From contig SMSO01000034.1 in NCBI GenBank assembly GCA_004764695.1, positions 3,100,001 through 3,164,000 on the forward strand: a stretch of DNA of 64,000 nucleotides, read 5' to 3'. Below are positions 34,731 to 46,493 of this stretch, piece by piece. Made by a program: the position numbers and the translations under genes. This stretch comes from Schizochytrium sp. TIO01 (taxonomy: Eukaryota; Protista; Bigyra: Labyrinthulomycetes). The notes under the pieces are model-generated. The model saw nothing but the letters and a program-made list of their open reading frames with translations, was not told where the DNA came from and ran no database searches. Positions within the stretch are counted from its first letter, which is position 1; every line of letters begins with the position of its first letter.

Positions 34731-36906
34731 ATACAAATGATTTAAATCAAATTCTGTTATTGTGATATTCTTCCGATTTTTCATGCAACATTCAATGCTT
34801 TATTCTAATGTTCTCTGGGTGATTTGATAATACAGGAAAATCAGATGTTTTTAGGTCCCAGCAGCTTATTATCTTATTCTTTGTTAAGGAATGGGTTAGG
34901 TGTATATGATGCTATTCCCATCACAATTCCTTAGCATGAGTAATAGTATGTTAATGTAGCACTCGCTTAACCTTTCTATACAGACCGAAATATGATAGGA
35001 CATGAAAATCAGAAAAGTAATCTTTGAAAATCGCACATTATAGAATATCTACCTGCTAAGCTCATAAATATATGTTGGCACAAAACTTCTGTCTCAGATT
35101 GATTTTGGGTGGAGCTGTCTTGCAGTCAGGAGAAAGTCTTCTTCTGCGAGTTCGTGCGCTACAGAGTATTCTGTGCAGCTCTCCTGGCTATGTACAACGC
35201 AGGTTTGACTATTCGACTGTCAAGCAAGCTAGGCTTAGAAGTCGCATGGCTGGAAATAGATATGAGGCTACAGCCCCCCCCCGCTGCGCTACTTGTAATC
35301 GTGGAAATCATCAAGATGTGCAAGGCCAGAGGCGTGAGGTATTAAACAGCAAAGTGACATGTTTGCAACGTAATTTTGCTTTGTGCACACGAAGATCTTG
35401 ACCACAAATCTCCCCTCTACTATCTATGTCTATCGCCTGCAGAATACCGTACTCGGTTTTGCGCGAGGTGGTTCTAAGCCTTGCCACGTCAGCAAGCACG
35501 TTTTGCTGGTACTATCGGAAAGTAGTCACAACGGGTGGAGCGCAGAAACTCCTTACCTACTTACGGATCATCTTTTAGGAAAGCTAGTAACCAGGGTGTG
35601 CATGTGTAACCGATGATGATGGTGCCCTTTTCTGTGATGGTCTCGAAGAAACAGAAGTTCTGTCCTCTCCTGGGGCTCGTAGGAGTCAAGGTGTTCCCTG
35701 TTTTCTTCCCCCTGGACTCCAAAAAGGGTAAAACGTTTCTTGGTCTCTTCAAGATCTTTGCGTACTCAGATAAAACCGCTGACTTTGCACACAGCAAAGG
35801 TGTTGTTATTTCAAGTTGATCTTGGGCAAACCCAGCAGCTTCAAGAAGTCGAGATCGTAATCCTCGAAAGGACAGTCTCGAAATACAACTTGCTTTGTAG
35901 TTTAGCTAGCTCTTGTAATTGGTTGATCGATTCTTCCTGTTCCCTGGAGCGTACCTAATGACAGCAGCTTTGAAGTTAGTGACTTTGCCTTATAAGCTTG
36001 AAACTTTGGGCATCCTCAGCACACCCTTTGCCTTTGCTAGGTAGAGATTCTCAGCGCAAGGCCCTTTTTGTAGTAGATTGCCAGGACGATGTTCTTAAGT
36101 TTTCATAGACTCGCTTAAACGCAGAGCAAAAGAAAATACTATCCCGCTTCCAGAGAGAAAAGGAATATTTTTCTCTGATTGACCCGGAACTTCCACAGCC
36201 AACCAAGGAAGAAACCGCCGCAAGTGCCTTGGAAATTGCAATCGTCGTCATCCTTCGCTCTGGCCTATACCTCGGGGTTTCGTCTATCAATCGAGTTGGG
36301 TTTCCCCAATTGCCAGAGCGTTTCCTGATTCGCGAGTTGGGATGCAGTTATATGCACAGGTAGAGAAGAGAAAGGAAAATTAAATAAAAGAAAGGGCCTT
36401 AAAGTTTTCAAGAATTTTCAGAAAACGCTCGTTCTACTTCAGAGACTATTTGCTTTCAATGCTCTTTCTTCTTCAAGTTACAAAGTCTCTATGCAAACAA
36501 CCTTCCCTGAATTAATTTTTTAAGATTCCCTATCCTTGTGATGTCTTTGGAGAAGCCCTTTCCTCGCAAGTTTCCCAATATTGGTTTGTTGTTGTTTGTT
36601 TGTTGGTTTTTGATCCTTCTTTTATAAAGTCGTCTTTTGAGGTTTCCAAAAATGTTTAAAACCCACCTTTTGTTAATTAAAATGATTAAAAAAGTTATTT
36701 CTTTGTTTTTCGAGGGCTGGCGGAAACGACCCAGTATTGCAGATCAATTTGGCGCCGCAATTCTAAAACTCTCGCGCTCGCGGCACGCGTGCGGTGGGTT
36801 TCTATTTCGTCAGGCTGCCTGCATCGTTTGCTTGAGGGTGTGTGGTTCATCCTTTGCTTTCCGAGGACGGCTTTAAAGCGTTGGAAGGAAGGGTTTGCAA
36901 GGCGCC

Positions 36907-38670
36907 ATGGACAGCCCGTCCAACACAAGCTCTAGCACCATTCGCAGGCGCCGCCGCGACCGCACTCCGGAACCCCCTCGGCACCGTGAAGGCGTGGAGA
37001 TTTCTGCCGAAGAGGCAAAGTCTTCGTCAGACGAATTTCGCCAACACCGTGAAGAAATCGCGCGCCATTTTGAGGTTGAGGAGGCCAAGAAATCTGCAAC
37101 TGCGACAAACGGTGAAAAGAAGAAAGCTGATGATGAAGAAAACGATGATGATTTTGACTCAAAGTCAGTTCTTGACGGACCCAGTCCTGGTAATATCCAG
37201 GAAGAAGGCTTCATCGATGCCTTCTACCAACCCCGGACTGTGTCTGGTTTGATGTTGTTGGTGGCTCTCGTGGTGTACTTGACCATTTGGAAGGAAAATG
37301 AGGTCTTTGGCAAGGCGAACCGCCTCAAACGTGGCTTGTTACTCTCTGCCCTTGCATTCTTGCTCTACTCTGTGATTCAACTTCGCGATGGCCAGCTTTT
37401 GCGTCCTCACCCGGCGGTTTGGCGGGTTGTGCACGGCACAGGCCTGCTTTACTTTATGATTTTGGTCTTTCTGTTGGCACAAGATCTGGAGGGCATTACC
37501 TCATTTCTCAGGCTCTTTGATGACTCTGTAGGGCGTCCTGAGCACGAACACTCATACGGTGAGGATTGCCGTCTCTACGCAGCTGACCAGCCCAACCCGT
37601 TTCAGAACATCGAGAACCAGATCTTTGATCGCTTTGTGATCGCTCACGCTGCTGGATATGCTCTCAAGGCTCTCATCTTGCGTGACTGGATGCTTGTTTG
37701 GATTGTTAGTGTACTCTTTGAGGTCCTCGAGGTTACGTTTCAGCACATGTACCCGAACTTTAATGAATGCTGGTGGGATCATCTTATCCTAGATGTCTTC
37801 GGATGCAACCTCGTTGGCATGATCGTTGGCATGAAGCTTGTGCAGTACATGGGAACCCATCACTTTAACTGGACTGGTCGTCGTGTGGAAACAATTCACG
37901 GTTATTTTGGCAAGATGCAACGTGTGGCTTTGCAGTTTACCCCTCGCACTTTTGAATCTTATGACTGGCATGTCTTCCAGTCCTGGCGTCGTTTTGCTGT
38001 AGCTGTATCTGTAGTGTTTATTCTTCTTCTTGGCGAGTTGAACGGCTTTTTTATCAAGTCAACCTTTCACATTCCCATCAAGAGCCACATCAACCTGTAT
38101 CGCCTCTTCTTTTGGGTTTTCATGACCTACATGGCTACCTTCGAGCTGCACCGCTACGCGGAGGGCAAGAGCCGTCGCATTGGAGTCAACTCATGGCTTG
38201 GTGGTTCCCTTGTTATCCTCGAGACTCTCTTGGTTGTAAAGCACACTGTCAAACAGCGCCTCTTTGAGGGCAAGGAGATTATGCCTGCAGGTTATATCGT
38301 TCGCGGTTGGAGCGCAGCTCTCGCATTGGCAGTTCTTTTGGCTTTGGTCAAAATCGCTCGCAAGGCTGTGGTCCACTTCTCTGGGGCAGAACAGCTTATT
38401 GATCATGGCACTGAGAATGTCGTGCTTCGTGATGATGCAACTCTTGCAGAAATTCGTCAGCAAAAACTGCGTTCTGCATCCCTCGACTCCATTGAAGCTG
38501 CTGTCCCAGGATCTTCGGCATACATTCGTATTGAGCGTATCTTGACAAAGGTTGCGCAGACAATAACTTTCTTGCTGCCGCTCCCCCTCATTGTGGTCCT
38601 AATGATCGACTGTTATCGCACTCTTGCGTTCCACCCTCCGCCGACTCCCGGTGTCAGTCCCAACTGGTAA
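36907..38670 (+). CDS. Phosphatidylserine synthase (base-exchange, PTDSS/PSS family)
   Basis: ATG at 36907. RPHPAVWRVVHG, SYGEDC, FVIAHAAG, FEVLEVTFQH and PNFNECWWDHLILDVFGCN motifs; multiple TM segments. Confidence 0.95.
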   Translation: MDSPSNTSSSTIRRRRRDRTPEPPRHREGVEISAEEAKSSSDEFRQHREEIARHFEVEEAKKSATATNGEKKKADDEENDDDFDSKSVLDGPSPGNIQEEGFIDAFYQPRTVSGLMLLVALVVYLTIWKENEVFGKANRLKRGLLLSALAFLLYSVIQLRDGQLLRPHPAVWRVVHGTGLLYFMILVFLLAQDLEGITSFLRLFDDSVGRPEHEHSYGEDCRLYAADQPNPFQNIENQIFDRFVIAHAAGYALKALILRDWMLVWIVSVLFEVLEVTFQHMYPNFNECWWDHLILDVFGCNLVGMIVGMKLVQYMGTHHFNWTGRRVETIHGYFGKMQRVALQFTPRTFESYDWHVFQSWRRFAVAVSVVFILLLGELNGFFIKSTFHIPIKSHINLYRLFFWVFMTYMATFELHRYAEGKSRRIGVNSWLGGSLVILETLLVVKHTVKQRLFEGKEIMPAGYIVRGWSAALALAVLLALVKIARKAVVHFSGAEQLIDHGTENVVLRDDATLAEIRQQKLRSASLDSIEAAVPGSSAYIRIERILTKVAQTITFLLPLPLIVVLMIDCYRTLAFHPPPTPGVSPNW

Positions 38671-39374
38671 AAATGTCATGCCTTGTGGCATTTTTCTCCT
38701 CTGACTTGTTGAAACATTCATATAGCTCAATGCGTTGTTTTTTGGTGCATTTTTTAATCCTCTCATCATGCACTTGCTCCCATTAGCTTTTTTCCAGCAA
38801 GCTGATCGTAGAGTAGAAGAGTAGGCCTGGTCCTGCAACTTTTTCTCCATTCTAAATTACCAGGTGAATAATTTTCTCATAATTATATTTGCAGCAAGTA
38901 TATAGCCTCACGGTTCTTATTTTTTATATCTTATTTTCTTTTTATGAAAACGTTAAGTAGCAGTATCAGGATGCTTATGTATCTTCAGATTTGATTATAA
39001 TCGCAAGATATAGACTGTTTGGCAAAATGAGAAAGTGCTCTTTCCCTACCAATTTGATAGGGAAATGGAAAGGATAGGAATTTCAATTCTATTTCTCTAT
39101 TTTCGACTTTTTCTTTTCTTTTCTTTTTTTAATTATTAAAATGTATACATAACATCTATAAAAAGCTATCCGTTGAATTTGCAAAAAAAAAAAAAATCAA
39201 ATCAGGACCTGTATTTACCATTTTTAATCTCAATAAGAGCATCGCAATATATGGCAGGGTCTGTGGAAAGAGCAAAGTTCCTGCCTAAGGGAGTTGCTCT
39301 CGCGAGCAGATCTTTGTAAATAAGACGGAGCTTCAGGAGTCCACTTCGCCAAGTCACGAGCTTGGCGCTTCACG

Positions 39375-40901
39375 ATGCAGAACACAAGAACGCAGCACGA
39401 GACAAGTGATCAACTCTGTGATCGCCATCCATACTATCCTGATGACCCCGTGAATGTTGCCCGCTTTGCCAAGGAAATTCGCCCGGATGAGGTGTTCGAG
39501 GCGTATGGAGATAGGTGCTTTCCCAAGTTGGTTCGCGTTTTTGGCAATAATGAGTTGCCACCTGAGAAGCATGCAGAATCTGCTGAGATGATTCTGGTCT
39601 GCATTAAGACAAATGACAAACGCTACGATGCTGTCGATGCTGGTGTCGTTCAAGTTGCTACCCAGAGGCTTGTAAGTTCATCGAGTGATGTTCGGGAGGT
39701 TTCTGCCCGTGTTCTTGGGGAAACCTTTGTGCTACACATTGCACGTTCCGAAGCTGTACAGGCCGAGACGCTTCCTGCGCTGGTAAACCTACTTTCTGAT
39801 GCATATGACTATGTTCGTTGCGCTGCAGCAGAGGCATTGGCTTCTATTGCCGCAAGTAATGAGGGTGTTGAGGAGTTATGCAGTCTTGGAAGCGCGATTG
39901 AAAGCATTGTGAAATCACTTCCTGACCCAGATTCCAATTCAGGCGTTCACCGAGCGCTCCTGCGGGCATTATATCACATTACCCAGAACCGAGTTGGAGT
40001 AGAACAGTCCCTGGCAGCCAAATGTGAAAAACAACTAATGCAGCTTGCTGATGCGGAGCCTTTGCCTGTGCTGCACGTAGCTACAAACCTTGCCCTCTGG
40101 CCCCAAGGTAAGATCCAGCTTATCGAGGTTAATATGCTCCCAGTTCTAGGAAGAATAATTCGTAACTCCAGCTGCTCTGAAGTTTGCAGACTCGCTACAA
40201 GCTGTATTCTGGCCACAAGTGTTCACAAACAGGCAAAGTTGCAGATTGGTCAAGAGGAGGACATCAGCATGAGTCTTGTAGAGTCTCTTAGTGATCCGAA
40301 CAAGAACGTACAGACTAATGCAACTAGCGCAATTTTATCAGCTTCAGAAGTTCCGGCTGTGCGCGACCTATTTGTTCGCTTGATGCTTTTTGAGGGTGAA
40401 GTGGAGCGCGTCTTTGGAAGTACTGCAGCAGTATCTCTAATTCCTTTAATTAGACATGAAATGACCCGAGATGCAGAAATTAACAATACCTCGCTTGAAT
40501 CAAAACTATCTCGTAACCAAACAGAGGACAATGACACACCCAAACAGTCTCGCTCACCTGAACTACACATTGTTGCAGCGATGGACGTGCTTGTGAACCT
40601 GGCAGACTCTAGCGATGAAGCGAGAGATGTGATTTTCTCGGTTCTCCATTCTGTCGAAACAGTCGCGGCTCTACTGGCGCACCCTAATCCTCTTATTCGG
40701 CGACATGCTCGTGATCTTGCGAAGTCCCTCTGCGTACAAGGCCCAAGTGCTACCGCGGAGAGGAGACTTCGACACTACATTCTGAAACACGCAGATAGCA
40801 GTAGCAACAATGCCTTTTCTCAGCTAGATGATATTCTCTCAAACAATTCCGATAACCTGGAGCAAGCTATCAACAATATGGGTACACTTCGCTTTGAGTA
40901 G
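39375..40901 (+). CDS. RSPH14: Armadillo-repeat protein, radial spoke head 14 (RSPH14/RTDR1)-like
   Basis: ARM repeats (LPALVNLLSD..VR..AAEAL; LVESLSDPNKNVQTNA). The N-terminal AYGDRCFPKL resembles the AYGxRAxPKL motif of RSPH14. Confidence 0.65.
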   Translation: MQNTRTQHETSDQLCDRHPYYPDDPVNVARFAKEIRPDEVFEAYGDRCFPKLVRVFGNNELPPEKHAESAEMILVCIKTNDKRYDAVDAGVVQVATQRLVSSSSDVREVSARVLGETFVLHIARSEAVQAETLPALVNLLSDAYDYVRCAAAEALASIAASNEGVEELCSLGSAIESIVKSLPDPDSNSGVHRALLRALYHITQNRVGVEQSLAAKCEKQLMQLADAEPLPVLHVATNLALWPQGKIQLIEVNMLPVLGRIIRNSSCSEVCRLATSCILATSVHKQAKLQIGQEEDISMSLVESLSDPNKNVQTNATSAILSASEVPAVRDLFVRLMLFEGEVERVFGSTAAVSLIPLIRHEMTRDAEINNTSLESKLSRNQTEDNDTPKQSRSPELHIVAAMDVLVNLADSSDEARDVIFSVLHSVETVAALLAHPNPLIRRHARDLAKSLCVQGPSATAERRLRHYILKHADSSSNNAFSQLDDILSNNSDNLEQAINNMGTLRFE

Positions 40902-42717
40902 GTATTGCGGACTCCAATTAAAGTCTTTGCTTAAATTTATCGTCCAGCAGTGATGATGACCATGCAAATGTCATACTAAGAGATTGATTGTGAAATGGAT
41001 CTCATCACTCTTTTCAAAGGGACCCAGTAGGTACTGCGACGACCTCTCTAATATGTGATATTTCTTTCCTACTAATAGTTAACTACTATTTTAGTGTCTA
41101 TCTACTCATAATTTCATCAAGAAAAAGATAAAGCATCCCAGGTTTTAAACAAAATTCGACGTTGTCTGGTTCTCAAAAGCATAAAACCTTATACGTTCAT
41201 TCATGCATATTCCTATCCAAAGTAGGTTCGATGTCGACAAATCCGCAACTTCCCTAGCTAGAGACCAACTCAAACAGCAAATACATACTTTCGGTCGATG
41301 ATCCCCGGCCCATGTTCTCTTAGGGTGAAGACGCTATGACACACGTAGGCGCCTTTCGCTTCTCGCAGTTTAGCGGGACCAACAAGAACCAAACCTCAAC
41401 AGCAACAACAATCTCCAAGACTGTCTTTGCATGAGCATTAAGAACCAGGGGTGTGCGCGTGTGGAAGAGTGTGCGCTTCCCGTGGTTCCTTTTGACTGCT
41501 ACGTAGGGGAACCCGTCCCTTGCGTCGTCTCTGCGTCCTAAAGCCTTGCAGCAATTTGGTTACTCCCAACGCAATTGCTGTGTCGCAACGGAGCACATCA
41601 GCGCCCTGCATCGTGAGTCCGCCCCGGAGTCAACCTGCTCCTCGTTCCTGCCGCTCATGACACCCAAGTGCTCTGCAGTCTCAAGCTTTATCCATTGAAA
41701 GCATCCACTCTTATTCAGGTTCACTCACTCACTCACTCACTCATTCATGCATTCATTCGTTTATTTATTTATTTAATTAATCATTCACTCAATCATTCAC
41801 TGAAAAAAAGCGAAATAAATGAGAGAAATCATGCAATGCAAGCGAGCAATGCAAGAGAGCAACGGCACGCGTGGAGCTTCGCAGCTGCGTCAGGGCGACC
41901 GTCTTTGATCGCGGAAGGCGGAGAAAAACCGAGGCATCGTCAATATCGATCGACGCTTCAGGAGACGACTTCTTCTTTTGTTGCTGCAATGAATCAATGA
42001 ATCAATGAATGAATGAATCGATGGATGACTTTTGCCGCCGCTCTCTTCCTCTGCGAAGATGAAACGATCTGCACGAAATGATTTAATACAGACTTAAAGA
42101 GGGCCGTAGGATAGAAAAGATTCAAGTCTTTCTTCCTGATCTTCAGAGCTACAGTTTACGTTAGATGTAGGCTATTGGATGTAAAATCACTTAGTTAAAA
42201 GACAATTAAAAATAATAATTTAGATTGCGTCATGTTCTGTGGAAAATAGCATTATCAAGTTTGACCTTCTTTGCAGAATCTGATGACTCGGAACCGTTCG
42301 ATGCGCTCGACGTCCGTGAAGACATCAAGGCTCGCAAGGGTTTGGTTTGTCTGACACTCACGTCGACTCGTGGCGAAGGGCAGAGCTTAGAAGGTCAAGA
42401 TTTCGAGGTTGTTTCAGTCGCTGCGCCTGGAATTTCTTTCCCAAATGGGCGGATTGCGTGAATTCCTGCACAGATTTCATCCCAAGGACCGACACGAATT
42501 ATCGTCCTCCTGAAATGCAACGCAGCGACACCAAACGCAATGGCGCTCTCCACGGCAGACGCGTGCGTGTCCCGGCTCTCAAGACTCTCTGCGGTTCAAG
42601 CTGCTCCACAACTTGACAAACAATCAAACCATCAAATTGTAATTGCAATTGCAATTGCAATTGCTGTTCGATCGATCATTGGTGCTCAGCAAAGTCTGCT
42701 AGAGGAAAGCACAATCA

Positions 42718-42990
42718 ATGTTGATGACAACGACCCGAAGACGAACGAACTCCTGCCATCGAAACCAGCGCGGAAACCGCCACGCCCAGAGGACCGCCCC
42801 GCTGCGACGTGGACAGAGCAGCCCCCAGCTCGACGACGAGCACGTCGACGATGACGCTCTTGACGCTGTCCTGGGTGAGCGAAATAGGATGGATTTTGCT
42901 CTCGATTTCCGCCTCGTTCTCATCATCTTCCTCTTCTTCGTAAGCGTGATTATTGCGCTAGTTTCTGTTTATTTACCATCATCAGCGTGA
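42718..42990 (+). CDS. Possible small tail-anchored membrane protein (5' end uncertain)
   Basis: Acidic stretch followed by one C-terminal TM helix (RLVLIIFLFFVSVIIALVSVYL). It may join the 42540 frame at the C5 run near 42822-42826. Confidence 0.35.
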   Translation: MLMTTTRRRTNSCHRNQRGNRHAQRTAPLRRGQSSPQLDDEHVDDDALDAVLGERNRMDFALDFRLVLIIFLFFVSVIIALVSVYLPSSA

Positions 42991-43250
42991 CCTTGTCTTT
43001 CCTCTTTCGCTTCAGCTCGATCAGCGCTCCCACGCTGGGCAAAACCTCTTCTGCAGGTGCAGCGAAATCAACTGAGTGAGTGCTCGCCAAGGCAGATTGC
43101 AAAACTCGATCAGAGCGGAGGCCTGGCTGGTGAAGCGAGAAGTTCTGTGGCCAGTTCGCTCTGCGGGAAGAGGAGGAGGAGACCTGGGATCGATCAGGGC
43201 ATTGGGCCTTGTGTAGAAAGAAAATCTTAGCGTAAGAACAGAAACCTAAG

Positions 43251-44018
43251 ATGGCAGCCATGCTCGCACGGATGCAGAGCTTGGATGTGAATGAGATTGC
43301 CAAGCTCTATGATGACTTTTATGTGCTTGTGCCGATCTATGCTGTGATGGTGCCCATCCTGCAAAAGGTATACCAGGGAGCCTCTTCGGAGAGCAGCAAA
43401 GGCTGGAAGCCCATCATCCTTGCCTACAACGTGGTCATGAGCGTTTTCTCTGCATGCTGTGCAATTGGTATGGCGTACATCCTCTTTGTCAAGTTCAATG
43501 GTCAGATTAAGGGTCCTGACTGCTCTGCCTTCGCGAGGGACCCTCTCTACGACTGGATCGTTTACTTCTTCTACATGTCCAAGTATGTTGAGTTTGCTGA
43601 CACCTTTTTTCTTATCATTAAGGGCAAGCCCGTGTCCTGGCTTCACTACTTTCACCACATCGGCGCTGCGATTGATATGGGTGTGCTCTGGAAGTCTGGC
43701 GCTGAGCCCACCTGGATTTTCGTTCTCTTCAATGGCACTGTCCACACTGTCATGTACGCTTACTATGGTGCTGCTCTTATGGGCAAGCGCCTCAAGGGAA
43801 AGAACTTGATCACCATCATGCAGATTGTGCAGTTCCTCTCTGGTATGGGCATCTTCTACACGTACCCGGACATTCCTTGCTTTGCCAGCAACAGCCAGCT
43901 CATGTTTATCTACTACTACACCAACATCTACGTCGGTATCGTCCTTCTCTTCTTTCTCAACTTTTATGTTCAATCTTACCTTCGCCCTCAGCGCAAGGCA
44001 CCCGGCAAGAGCGAGTAA
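43251..44018 (+). CDS. Fatty acid elongase, delta-9 (ASE1-like) PUFA elongase type
   Basis: FYMSKYVEFADTFFLIIKGK, LHYFHHIGAAIDM, WIFVLFNGTVHTVMYAYYG and ITIMQIVQF motifs. The FHHxGAxxD and WIF..FN patterns resemble algal delta-9 elongases. Strong codon bias. Confidence 0.9.
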   Translation: MAAMLARMQSLDVNEIAKLYDDFYVLVPIYAVMVPILQKVYQGASSESSKGWKPIILAYNVVMSVFSACCAIGMAYILFVKFNGQIKGPDCSAFARDPLYDWIVYFFYMSKYVEFADTFFLIIKGKPVSWLHYFHHIGAAIDMGVLWKSGAEPTWIFVLFNGTVHTVMYAYYGAALMGKRLKGKNLITIMQIVQFLSGMGIFYTYPDIPCFASNSQLMFIYYYTNIYVGIVLLFFLNFYVQSYLRPQRKAPGKSE

Positions 44019-44888
44019 GCGTATGGCCTGTGGCCTGTTTAAGACGAATGATCGTTTCGATTTGTTATGTGCTGTCACTTTACTCAATGGATGGATGAAA
44101 CCTGCGCACCAAATTAAAACGAAAGGCGGTATCCATCAATGAGGAGGGAGAGATGAAACCTTCAAAAGCAATGTACCTCACAAGCAATTGCATAGCTTTC
44201 TTGCCATGCATTAGTCTGTCTCCTTGTTAAACTCCTTTCTGGGCTGAAGCGGGGCTTTTTGAACCTTCAGAGGAGCAAGTACGCACAACACCCACCCTCC
44301 TCTGCAGTGGCATCCGGCTATCAAAACAATAATAGCTGATGCCCCTTGTTATATCTGGTAGCAAGTTTTGTTGCATTCATTTCATCCTTTCTAGTGCACC
44401 TTATTTTTTTTTCTAGTAAACTTCACGAAAAGATATTGCTGTTCGATTTTCTCATCTGTAATCTTCAAGCTTTCCCAGCACGCTTCTGGCTGGTCTCTCA
44501 AATCGCCACGTCCTCGGAATAACTTAAGAAATCTACTTTCCTCATTCTTCCCTTAATATATACTAATATCTACTTCAAATTATCCTACCTTTGTCACGCG
44601 CTCTTCAATTTGCAGGGCTCGCTTCAAAAGTCTCACTGCATTATTAAAACAGAGCGTGCTCGTGAAGCTTTCTTTCTGAGTGGGCTGCTGGATGATTGAC
44701 AACGCTTTTTCTCGTTTTGCGGGGTGTCTTTCCTTGGTGGTTGCAAGTGACCACTTGAGTCTTAGACACCCTTATAAATGAATCATAGCAGCTGAGCTTC
44801 TGGGCCTCGACATCTGATTGCAAAAGAACCAATCCGTCTCATTTCATGACAACTTCTGGGCACCCAAAACCTCAACCGTGAGGCCAAG

Positions 44889-46493
44889 ATGAAACCGCTC
44901 TGGGCGTGGTATCTGGCGACACAGTGGCGAACTGGTGCCTTTGTAACGGTGGTGAGCACTGTTGGAGGCTATTATTTCGCTCGGCGAGGTCTCGATTACG
45001 AGCCAAAGACTGCAGCTCCAATAGCATGCGGAGTTGGCTTTGCAGCGTTCACAGGGTTTTCGGTATTCCGTGCTCGAATTCGCCCAAAAGTCCTCAGCCA
45101 AGGAGCTGAAGTGCATAAAGGAAGACCTGCGATTCTTCGTCTGCGGACATTCACGGGGTGGTTTCTTTCCAAGGAATGGCAAGAGGCTATTACAGCTGTG
45201 TCTGACCTCCATGACCATGTTGAGCTTGCGAGATTCCAACGCGTTGGAGATCTTGATATGAAGCCACACCTTGGTGTTCTTGGACTTCTGGCTGCCGGTG
45301 AGCGGCTTTTAAAGGAGTCTCGCGCTCCTATTCGAGTTTCAGACGAAGAGCAACCCAGTGTGGAAGGTCAACCAGATGCAGATACCGTGGAACTTCACTT
45401 GCGAGTGGCGAATGCTGCCTACGGTGCGGTATTTCTAGGTGCAATGAGCCTCATACCGCCTATAAATGCTGCTACTCTTGTTACAAATCCGAAAACCTCG
45501 AATGAAGCAGATCGACTTGCGTTCTGTCAATATGTTGGGCGAGATAGGAAGGAATTAGAATTCTTACATGTTTCATCCTACAGCGAACGTCTCTATGGTC
45601 CCAAAGTATATTTGGTGGCTGACCACCGCTCTAAGCGTTTGATCCTTTCGTTGCGTGGCACAAGTAGTATTTCGGATGTTTTCACAGATCTGGCGTGCGA
45701 GCTTGCCTATGTGGACGTGCCTGATGTTCATGGCCCAGGCGAGCACATTCCGACGCACAATGGTATGATGCGAGGTGCACAAAATGTAATTGGTGAAGTT
45801 TGTGAGTCAATGCAACAGTCAGCAGAACGTTTCCCCGATTATAAAATTAGTGTATGTGGTCATTCGCTTGGTGCTGGATGCGCATTGCTTTGTACACTTG
45901 AACTTGCACTAAAGAAACATATGCCCCGCCATATTGAGTGCTTTGCCTTCGGGGCTCCACCAGTGTTGGCATTACCACCATCTGATCAATCTAAACTCTT
46001 CGAAGAGTCTGGACTCTTGCAACGTGCAAAGATTTACAACTTTGTGAATGGCCCTGATATCATTCCGCGCCTGTCGCTTTGGTCAGCTAATCGCTTAGTG
46101 CACAAGCTTGAGCGGATCGAGCTTGCTGTCCAAGCTGGTAAGATATCACGATGGTCCAAGTGGAGGGCGCTCCGATATGGGGCAAAGGGCCTTCAAGAAA
46201 AGGAAAAGTCAGCTTTATTAGAGGCTATCGATCTTGATTTACATCATAAAATCAATTCACTTTGCGAAGAAGCCTGGGATGGCCACTGCATTCGCATGTT
46301 TCATTTAGGTTCAATGTTCTATTTGCGGCCTGGGCGAATGCTCGATGCGGCCTCTGAAGAGCATCCTATTGATGCTGATATTATTGTAGACGGATATGCT
46401 ACTTTCTTGCACGCGCACATGCCTTCGCAATATCATGCGAAATACATGGCAGACCTTTCTCAAAAGGAAGATGATCCAACCCGACACAAATAG
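44889..46493 (+). CDS. Class 3 lipase (diacylglycerol-lipase-like)
   Basis: ILSLRGTSSISDVFTDL, THNGM, CGHSLGAG nucleophile elbow, FAFGAPP, DIIPRL and C-terminal AHMP (His); two N-terminal hydrophobic segments. Confidence 0.9.
   Translation: MKPLWAWYLATQWRTGAFVTVVSTVGGYYFARRGLDYEPKTAAPIACGVGFAAFTGFSVFRARIRPKVLSQGAEVHKGRPAILRLRTFTGWFLSKEWQEAITAVSDLHDHVELARFQRVGDLDMKPHLGVLGLLAAGERLLKESRAPIRVSDEEQPSVEGQPDADTVELHLRVANAAYGAVFLGAMSLIPPINAATLVTNPKTSNEADRLAFCQYVGRDRKELEFLHVSSYSERLYGPKVYLVADHRSKRLILSLRGTSSISDVFTDLACELAYVDVPDVHGPGEHIPTHNGMMRGAQNVIGEVCESMQQSAERFPDYKISVCGHSLGAGCALLCTLELALKKHMPRHIECFAFGAPPVLALPPSDQSKLFEESGLLQRAKIYNFVNGPDIIPRLSLWSANRLVHKLERIELAVQAGKISRWSKWRALRYGAKGLQEKEKSALLEAIDLDLHHKINSLCEEAWDGHCIRMFHLGSMFYLRPGRMLDAASEEHPIDADIIVDGYATFLHAHMPSQYHAKYMADLSQKEDDPTRHK

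Noticed and set aside
35072-36290. Cluster of short ORFs as a possible transposon or pseudogene relic
   Set aside because: No transposase, RT or integrase motif, terminal repeat or recognisable family found.
43227-44087. 286-aa antisense ORF over the elongase
   Set aside because: Shadow ORF: the codon-biased sense gene avoids TTA/CTA/TCA, so the antisense frame stays open; no recognisable protein.
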